From Octopus sinensis (Eukaryota), in the NCBI RefSeq assembly GCF_006345805.1, contig NW_021824643.1:1-18048 (forward strand): a stretch of 18,048 nucleotides of DNA, written 5' to 3'. The position numbers and the translations under genes were made by a program. The notes beneath the pieces were generated by a model, which saw only the letters and a list, made by a program, of their open reading frames with translations, was not told where the DNA came from and did no database searches. Shown piece after piece: positions 1-6,469 of this stretch (position 1 is its first letter; the number at the start of each line of letters is the position of its first letter).

Positions 1-495
1 ATCTAAGACTATATTAACTAACTTATCCTTTTCTTTTTTTTTTAAGGTAGTAGACTACAACTTGAAGGAGATTGTAGCTGCTAATTCTACCAGATCGAGC
101 GACTTACATAGAAGCTCGCTCCCTCGTGACTCGTTGCTTTACCCACATATGTTGATAAGAAGGATGTCTTAGAGACGGTGGAACTAATCATCCATTGATA
201 AACAGATCTGATTACGAAAAAAATCAATCTAGTTGTCTGCCTGTCCGTCTATTTGCCGATTTACCTACCTATCGCTGTTACACCTGTCTCTCTCTGTATA
301 TCTACTTATCTGTGTATTTATCTAGTGAAGGAGATAAATAAATAAATATTGATTGATTGATTGACTGAGTTCAATGAGCTGAATATGAAAGCAAAACAAG
401 AAGTCAAAAACGAAACAACAACAACAACAACAACGAAACAGATCGATATAATCGAATGTCATGCAATTCGTGTGCAATATCTTGACTGTACTTAC

Positions 496-543
496 ATATA
501 ACGATTTCAGCCGGGTTCTGTGGGTGGTAGTCTTTTTCCTCGT
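496..543 (-). CDS. Candidate 48-nt internal coding exon of an unidentified host gene (phase-1 reading: (D/N)EEKDYHPQNPAEIVI)
   Basis: Minus strand reads tttgtgttcttgcAG|ACGAGGAAAAAGACTACCACCCACAGAACCCGGCTGAAATCGTTATAT|GTAAGT. It has a pyrimidine-rich CAG acceptor, a perfect GTAAGT donor and a length divisible by 3. Two frames are open (xEEKDYHPQNPAEIVI or TRKKTTTHRTRLKSLY). It lies in unique, non-repeat sequence. Confidence 0.6.
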
Positions 544-743
544 CTGCAAGAACACAAACAGAATTCTAGGAATTAAACAATGAAATGGTAAGCGGAATCA
601 GATACAGTTTTCAAGAATGCAATCATCTACCAATAATAATCAACGCTGAATTATCGATCTCTAACACAGGAGCGAGGCTACGAAAGTCTGCAGGTGTTGT
701 GTGGATGAAAGAGTAACAGTCAATACAAGTGTTAATCACAGTA

Positions 744-800
744 CAGTAAACCCCCCACTCTTATCCAGTTCTCAAATATCCGGAATTCTCAAATAACCGG
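744..800. mobile_element. Possible terminal fragment of a pogo/Tigger-like DNA transposon
   Basis: TA|CAGTAAACCCC...TTATCC...TATCCGG...TAACCGG resembles Tc1/mariner-pogo termini. No partner end was found in the window. Confidence 0.25.
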
Positions 801-1028
801 TACCCAGAAGAAAAAAAAAAAAAAAAAGAAAATGTAAGTCAAGAGAATTTGTGCTAATTTCATCATCATCATCACCAACACAAACAAGGTTAGCTTTCCA
901 TATTCGTCTGTCATGCGGCCGCACGGTGTGTCTTTTTTTTTGTCGTGTTTGTTTTCGTCATTGTCCTGTACGTTCGTTAGCTATTACCACTGGCGCCACC
1001 AAAAGTGAACAATGTCAACGATATAGAC

Positions 1029-1914
1029 TTCTTTACTACCTCACAAGGGGCTCAACACAGAGGGGGCAAACAAGGACAGACAAAGGGATTAAGTCGATTG
1101 CATCGACCCCAGTGTGAAACTGGTACTTTATTTATCGACCCCGAAAGGATGAAAAATAAAGTCGACCTCGGCGGAATTTGAACCCAGAACGTAACGGCAG
1201 ACGAAATACGGCTACGCATTTCGCCCGGCGTGCTAACGTTTCTTATTTCTTTATTGCCCACAAGGGGCTAAACATAGAAGGGACAAACAAGGACAGACAA
1301 AGGGATTAAGTCGAATACATCGACCCCAGTGCGAAACTGGTACCTTATTTATCGACCCCGAAAGGATGAAAGGCAAAGTCGACCCCGGCGGAGGAATTTG
1401 AACCCAGAACGTAACGGCAGACGAAATACGGCTACGCATTTCGCCCCGGCGTTTGCTAACGTTTCTTATTTCTTTATTGCCCACAAGGGGCTAAACATAG
1501 AAGGGACAAACAGGACAGACAAAGGGATTAAGTCGAATACATCGACCCCATGCGAAACTGGTACCTTATTTTATTATCGACCCCGAAAGGATGAAAGGCA
1601 AAGTCGACCCCGGCGGATTTGAACCCAGAACGTAACGGCAGACGAAATACCGGCTACGCATTTCGCCCGGCGTGCTAACGTTTTCTTATTCTTTATTGCC
1701 CCCACAAGTGGCTAAACATAGAGGGGACAAACAAGGACAGACAAAGGGATTAAGTCGAATACATCGACCCCAGTGCGAAACTGGTACTTTGTTTATCGAC
1801 CCCGAAAGGATGAAAGGCAAAGTCGAGATCGGCGGAATTTGAACCCAGAACGTAACGGCAGACGAAATATGGCTAAGCATTTCGCCCGGCGTGCTAACGT
1901 TTCTGCCAGCTCGC
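1029..1914 (-). repeat. Tandem array A: 4 head-to-tail copies (~220 bp) of tRNA-derived SINE family 1
   Basis: Units at about 1686-1914, 1464-1685, 1241-1463 and 1029-1240. Only the first has the A-box (GAGCTGGCAGAA). All have a B-box-like GGGTTCAAATTCC, the body GTCGACTTTGCCTTTCATCCTTTCGGGGTCGATAAA and the tail TGTTTGTCCCCTC...TTGTGGG...AAAGAA. Confidence 0.9.
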
Positions 1915-1977
1915 AGGATCTTAGGATCTTTTGGACGTTGACCGATGAGGAACAAGCTACGAATTTTCTGTTTGTTA

Positions 1978-2030
1978 TGAGACTGAACCCGAAACTAAGT
2001 GGTTGAGAAGTAAGCTTCTTACCACATACA
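1978..2030 (-). mobile_element. Degenerate tRNA-like head fragment of SINE family 2
   Basis: Minus strand ATGTGGTAAGAAGCTTACTTCTCAACCACTTAGTTTCGGGTTCAGTCTCA aligns with the heads of the copies at 5580 and 14806. Confidence 0.65.
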
Positions 2031-2039
2031 CAATACGTA

Positions 2040-2167
2040 CATCTCTTTTAGTCTTTTACTTGTTTCAGCCATTTGACTGCTGCCATGCTGGAGCACCGCC
2101 TGTAGTCGAGCAAATCGAGACCAGGACTTATTCTTTGGAAGCCTAGTACTTATTATATCAGTCTCTA
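2040..2167 (-). mobile_element. 3' portion of SINE family 2
   Basis: Reverse complement matches the tails at about 5915-6031 and 15115-15240 (AATAAGTACTAGGCTT...TCGACTACAGGCGGTGCTCCAGCATGGC...AAACAAGTAAAAG). Confidence 0.85.
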
Positions 2168-2169
2168 TC

Positions 2170-2254
2170 GTGTCTGTGGAATGCTCAGCCACTTGCACGT
2201 TAATTTTACGAGCAAGCTGTTCCGTTGATTCACCTGGGACTCTCGTCGTTGTAA
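2170..2254 (+). mobile_element. 3' fragment of SINE family 3 (or of its partner LINE tail)
   Basis: CGTGTCTGTGGAATGCTCAGCCACTTGCACGTTAATTTTACGAGCAAGCTGTTCCGTTGATTC matches the 3' part of the copies at 7700-8094 and 15508-15865. Confidence 0.8.
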
Positions 2255-2470
2255 AGGATCCCATCATCTTTAAACGTAGTCTGGACAGATTTCTTCAGGG
2301 AATACCGGATAAGCCACCCATACCTGGATACAACTCACTCAACAAGAACTCACTACTTGAATGGACCATAAACAAAACTTGACTTAAACAGGATTTAGAT
2401 AATCCTATCAGGTGGTGGTATTAAGTTAGACATGGCCTGGACCAATCTTTGGTCGAAACATATCTAAGTT
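2254..2470 (+). mobile_element. 5'-truncated non-LTR retrotransposon 3' end (CR1/L2-group-like ORF2 C-terminus plus 3' UTR)
   Basis: Frame 2254-2382 reads KDPIIFKRSLDRFLQGIPDKPPIPGYNSLNKNSLLEW..*, resembling the FK..LD.FL..IPD.P...GY....NSL C-terminus of CR1-group LINEs. The 3' UTR has the stem-loop GACCA-ATCTT-TGGTC (2440-2454). Confidence 0.7.
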
Positions 2471-2487
2471 ATATATATATATATATA

Positions 2488-2701
2488 GTTAATCCAAATA
2501 AGAAAACACAAAAAAAAACAAAACAGCAGCGCGAGGAGGACGTGGAACAAATATAGTATTATTGGACGCTCAGGAAAGATGGGAAGAAGGAGGGTTTAAC
2601 ATTTCGAGCGGAGCTCTTCGTCGGAAACAAAGGAGAAGGAAAGATCCCGAGAAGGGAAGACAGAGGAAAGAAAATTGCTGGCGGTGCTCACGAGGTCACA
2701 T
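2488..2701 (-). mobile_element. Penelope-like pseudo-LTR unit, subfamily A, between (TA)n tracts
   Basis: Pyrimidine-rich leader, hammerhead-like core, TTTCCTGAGCGT, pyrimidine-rich tail, then (TA)n. This is the same architecture as the units at 2725-2905 and 3821-3997. The Penelope assignment is inferred from the minimal hammerhead and (TA)n targeting; no RT or GIY-YIG coding remnant was seen. Confidence 0.6.
2594..2628 (-). ncRNA. Minimal type I hammerhead ribozyme-like motif (U4C core variant)
   Basis: Minus strand: GUUU CCGACGA A GAGC-UCC-GCUC GAAA UG UU^AAAC. Stem I GUUU/AAAC, stem II GAGC/GCUC, GAAA box, GUU cleavage triplet. Confidence 0.65.
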
Positions 2702-2724
2702 GTATATATATATATATATATATA

Positions 2725-2905
2725 GGGAGAGTTCACGAAAAAAAAACAAAAGACGAAGACAGGTGGTGTAGAAAACAAACAGATGTATTAGTGTAACGCT
2801 CAGGAATTGAAAAAAGTCTTTTATGTTTCGAGCCTACGCTCTTCTACAGAAAGGGACACAGAAAAAAAAACAAGGAGAGAAAAAATGTGTTGTAGTGGTT
2901 ACCGA
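2725..2905 (-). mobile_element. Penelope-like pseudo-LTR unit, subfamily B
   Basis: Reverse complement aligns over about 170 bp with 3821-3997 (TTTTTCTCTCCTTGTTT...GAAGAGCGTAGGCT.GAAAC.TAAAAGACTTTT...TTCCTGAG...CTAATACAT.TGTTTG...CACCT..CTTCGTCTTTTGTTT). Ends in (TA)n. Confidence 0.65.
2818..2853 (-). ncRNA. Minimal type I hammerhead ribozyme-like motif (A6U core variant)
   Basis: Minus strand: CUUU CUGUAGA A GAGC-GUAG-GCUC GAAA CA UA^AAAG. Stem I CUUU/AAAG, stem II GAGC/GCUC. Confidence 0.65.
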
Positions 2906-3169
2906 ATACACAGACATACTCACACACACACATACATACACGGGTATATATGGTGTCAGTGATATTGTACGACCTACAACTGCAAACAAAGGCAGTCAGT
3001 TACAAGAGTGGATGCAGTGCACTGAATCATGTGCATCAACTGCAATCAGTTGCAACCAACAATCAGCGTTTCTCGTCAGTTATAACAGGATGTATTCCAA
3101 TATTTGCAGGAAGCGTTTCCAGAAAATTGATTTGTTATCGATTAAGTGAGAGGATACCATGATAGTGTA

Positions 3170-3273
3170 TATGCGTGTACGCATGGAAGCGCGCGTGCGT
3201 GTGTGTGCCTGTGTTTCTGACTTAAGTGTTTATGTGTGTGAGAGAAAGAGTGTGCATGTCTCAAAGAATGCAA

Positions 3274-3304
<31 letters not shown>

Positions 3305-3429
3305 TGTATGTGTGTATGTGTGTGTGTGTGTGTAAGTTTGAATAAATGCGGTGTGTTTGTGAAGGTGTGTGTTTATTTAAGCGTTTGTGTGTAGTTATGT
3401 GTCTATGAATGCGATTTGTGCACACACAC

Positions 3430-3465
<36 letters not shown>

Positions 3466-3790
3466 GTGTGTGTACGTATGTGTGTGTGTGTGTAATCTAT
3501 GAACAGCAGTCGGTGCGTACACGCATGTATGTGTATGTTTGTTTTCACAAGAAGATCACTGAGTGTTTGTATGTGATTAACGTATGTGTGTATGTATGTG
3601 TATATATGTTTATGCATGTAGTGAACGCGCGTGTGTGTGTGTATGTGTGCGTTATGTTGATATTTGAAGGAAATAATTATTGATCCCTATATCCTGCTTG
3701 GGTGAAATGAAGTGTGTGTGGGTATGTGTGTGTGAGAGTGAGAGTCTGTGTGTGTTTATGCTTTCGCATGAGTGTATATCAGTGTGTTAT

Positions 3791-3820
<30 letters not shown>
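3170..3820. repeat. (TG)n-dominated compound microsatellite / low-complexity tract
   Basis: Interrupted (TG)n, (TATG)n and (CG)n runs, plus (CA)n at about 3791-3814. Confidence 0.9.
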
Positions 3821-3821
<1 letters not shown>

Positions 3822-3997
3822 CGTTAGCTCCCACACGCATTTTTTCTCTCCTTGTTTCTTTTCTGTGTATCTTTCTGTCGAAGAGCGTAGGCTAGAAACG
3901 TAAAAGACTTTTTCTATTCCTGAGTGCCATACTAATACATTTGTTTGTTTGTACTCCACCTACCTTCGTCTTTTGTTTATTTTCGTAAACCTTCCTT
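3821..3997 (+). mobile_element. Penelope-like pseudo-LTR unit, subfamily B (inverted relative to 2725-2905)
   Basis: Homologous to the reverse complement of 2725-2905. Flanked by (CA)n(TA)n and (TA)n. Confidence 0.65.
3871..3906 (+). ncRNA. Minimal type I hammerhead ribozyme-like motif (A6U core, stem II base mismatch)
   Basis: CUUU CUGUCGA A GAGC-GUAG-GCUA GAAA CG UA^AAAG. Retains the palindromic ACGU stem III and a GUA triplet. C11.1->A breaks the base of stem II. Confidence 0.6.
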
Positions 3998-4516
3998 TAT
4001 ATATAATATATATATATATATATAATATATATATATTAACAAAAACTTACTTGGAGGAGATGAAACGAAACGAAAACGAATCGAATCGACGCGAGGGCGC
4101 TCAGTCATACAATAGTGTAATAAATAAAATATATGCATACATACATACATATATGTACGTACATACATCTATATGTATATATACATGCATATAAATATAT
4201 ATACGTGAGTACAGGACATATGCGCGTATGTTGACATGTGCTTATGTGTGTCTGTGTGTGTATCTACCTGGATATCCCACTTGGGTGAATCAAGTATGGA
4301 TGAATGGATGTATGCGTGTTTTAGTCTATATATTATATGTTTTTATAATTTGTCTTCATGTATGTCAGAGTGAGTGCGCGCACCCATGTCTACCTGGGCA
4401 TTCTACTTGAGTGAACGATGTAAGCGACCACATTTATGTATGTGTGTGTGTGTTGTTAGTGTACATACATGACTAGGGTGTGTGTATATGACCTAGTGTA
4501 TATATACTGTATATAT

Positions 4517-4550
<34 letters not shown>

Positions 4551-5067
4551 GTTTGTATATATGTATGTATGTATGTATATATATATATGTATATATATAT
4601 ATGTATATAATAGATTATATGTATATATATATATATGTATATATATTATATAATAATGTATATATATATATGTTATATAACTGTGAGATATATATATATA
4701 TATATATATATATAACTGTGATACGTGTGTATAATGAATGACTGGGTTATGTGTTGCCATGAGTGTATTGTGTATATAAATATGAATGAGTGTGTATGTA
4801 CGTGTGGTGGCGGTGGTGGTGGTGTGTGTGTGCGTGGTGTGTGTGATGTGGTGTGGTGCCTGCATGCATGATTGAGCCCTCTGTGTGTATGTATATTTAT
4901 GCATCATGATTGGGTGAATAGAGTAAGAGCAAGCGCAAGGCGCGTTTTATATGCCTGTGGTGTTAAATGCAAGTGTATTGCGTGTATATGTATGCATGTA
5001 TGTGTGTACACATACACACACACACATAAATGTACTTTTATATTATGTGCTTTATAAGGAATGTGTT

Positions 5068-5101
<34 letters not shown>

Positions 5102-5245
5102 TGTGTCTGTGTGCTAGTGTGCCCGTGCTCAAGAAAGCATTTTTGTGTGTGGTGTTTGTATCAATGTTTGTATGAATGTGTGCGTGTGTGTATGTGTATA
5201 TATATATATATATACAAAGTACATATATACACACGTGCATATATA
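3998..5245. repeat. Compound (TA)n/(TG)n/(TATG)n/(CA)n low-complexity region
   Basis: Many interrupted dinucleotide and tetranucleotide runs, e.g. (TA)n at about 4530-4715 and (TG)n at about 5070-5112. Confidence 0.9.
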
Positions 5246-5246
5246 T

Positions 5247-5302
5247 ACTCTTTTACTCTGTGGCCATGCTGGAGCACCGCCTTTAGTCGTGCAACTCGAC
5301 TT
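5247..5302 (-). mobile_element. Short 3' tail fragment of SINE family 2
   Basis: Reverse complement contains GACTAAAGGCGGTGCTCCAGCATGGCCACAG followed by AGTAAAAGAG. Confidence 0.75.
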
Positions 5303-5579
5303 CCATGTTTAAGGAAGTTTTTATGCACATTATAGTAACAGGCAATTAAGATCTTCAAGTAGAACGCCATTGTTTTTTCATAAAGTTAATGACCGGAAGT
5401 GGATCTTCAACTAATATTGGTTAAATAGTTCTTTCATAAAAAATAGATAAATAAAATTTAAAAATATGCGATTCAATTTTAAAATATGAAGTGCTAAAGT
5501 ATCTCGTGGTATTATTTCGTTGAACTTATTCAAGTACAAAGTTAAACTGAATTGGTCGAATAAAAAAAAAAAAAAAAAA

Positions 5580-5738
5580 CGTGGCTGTGTGGTAAGTAGC
5601 TTGCTTACGAACCACATGGTTCCGGGTTCAGGCCCACTTCGTGGCACCTTGGGTAAGTGTCTTCTACTATAGCCTCGGGCCGACCAAAGCCTTGTGAGTG
5701 GATTTGGTAGACGGAAACTGAAAGAGGCGCGTCGTATG

Positions 5739-5811
<73 letters not shown>

Positions 5812-6031
5812 GTGCATGTTTGTGTGTCTGTGTTTGTCCCCCCAACATCGCTTGGCAACCGATGCTGGTGTGTATACGTCCCCGTAACTTAGCGGTTCGG
5901 CAAAAAGAAACCGATAAAATAAGTACTAGGCTTACAAAGAATAAGACCTGGGGTCGATTTGATCGACTAAAGGCGGTACTCCAGCATGGCCACAGTCACA
6001 TGACTGAAACAAGTAAAAGAGTAAAAGAGTA
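5580..6031 (+). mobile_element. Near full-length tRNA-derived SINE family 2 with internal (TA)n(TG)n microsatellite
   Basis: A-box TGGCTGTGTGG, B-box GGTTCAGGCCC, CORE-like CCTTGGGTAAGTG, internal microsatellite at about 5735-5812, and a (GTAAAAGA)n tail. Colinear with 14806-15240. Confidence 0.9.
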
Positions 6032-6155
6032 ACCCAAAACAAAGAAATAGAACTTAGGATGAATTAGCCATTTGTATAGTATACTTATTGCACACACACT
6101 GTCGAAAGGTCAGTTACTGCAGTATTTGTTCTGTGATAATATTACTTATGGAGTT

Positions 6156-6360
6156 AAGGCAGCGAGCAGGCAGAATTATTAGCACGCTGGGTGAAATGCT
6201 TAGCGGCATTTCGTCCGTCTTCAAACTCCGCTGAGATCGACTTTGCCTTTCATCGGTTCCAGGTCGATAAAATAAATACCCGCTGAGCATTAGAGTCGAT
6301 GCCATCAACTTACCACTCCCTGAACTTGCTGGCCTGTGCCAAAATTTGAAATCAATATTA
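6156..6360 (+). mobile_element. Diverged solo copy of SINE family 1 (alternative 3' tail)
   Basis: AAGGCAGCGAGCAGGCAGAA...TTAGCACGCTGGGTGAAATGCTTAGCGGCATTTCG...GACTTTGCCTTTCATC...GTCGATAAAATAA. The tail ends AAAATTTGAAATC, like unit 14047-14220. Confidence 0.8.
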
Positions 6361-6469
6361 TTTGTGGACTTGCTGAGACCAGCGAAAAAGCCAGATGCAT
6401 TTTTGCTTTTCGGGGACACTTTCAATGGTGCGTAGTGGCAACCAGTCATATATATTCAGACGTGGATTC

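Noticed and set aside
40-200. Pyrimidine tract + AAG followed by an open frame (VVDYNLKEIVAANSTRSS...) as a plus-strand exon
   Set aside because: Atypical acceptor, no donor, an unremarkable peptide ending in a stop, and the segment looks more like a decayed interspersed repeat.
1029-1914. SINE arrays as CRISPR arrays or hammerhead retrozymes
   Set aside because: Units are ~200-bp near-identical repeats with no unique spacers or cas genes in a eukaryotic context. No CUGANGA...GAAA core was found in the unit on either strand.
851-2006. ORFs over array A (e.g. MGNKEIRNVS..., MRNWYL...) and the equivalent ORFs over array B
   Set aside because: They are translations of non-coding SINE units, repeated with frameshifts between copies.
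2430-2465. GACCA-ATCTT-TGGTC-GAAAC-ATA as a fourth hammerhead
   Set aside because: It has a stem II-like hairpin and GAAAC but no CUGANGA-like box upstream. It is better explained as the LINE 3' UTR stem-loop.
2940-2985. Possible minus-strand mini-exon (tttgcAG/ttgtAG ... GTATGT)
   Set aside because: The donor is supplied by the adjacent (TATG)/(TG) microsatellite, and the phases do not chain with the better exon candidates.
3064-3079. CTGACGA-GAAAC on the minus strand as a hammerhead
   Set aside because: No stem II between the boxes, no UH triplet in register and no stem I. Likely chance.
3261-5858. ORFs rich in HT/YI/CV/VY dipeptides
   Set aside because: They are translations of (CA)n/(TA)n/(TG)n microsatellites.
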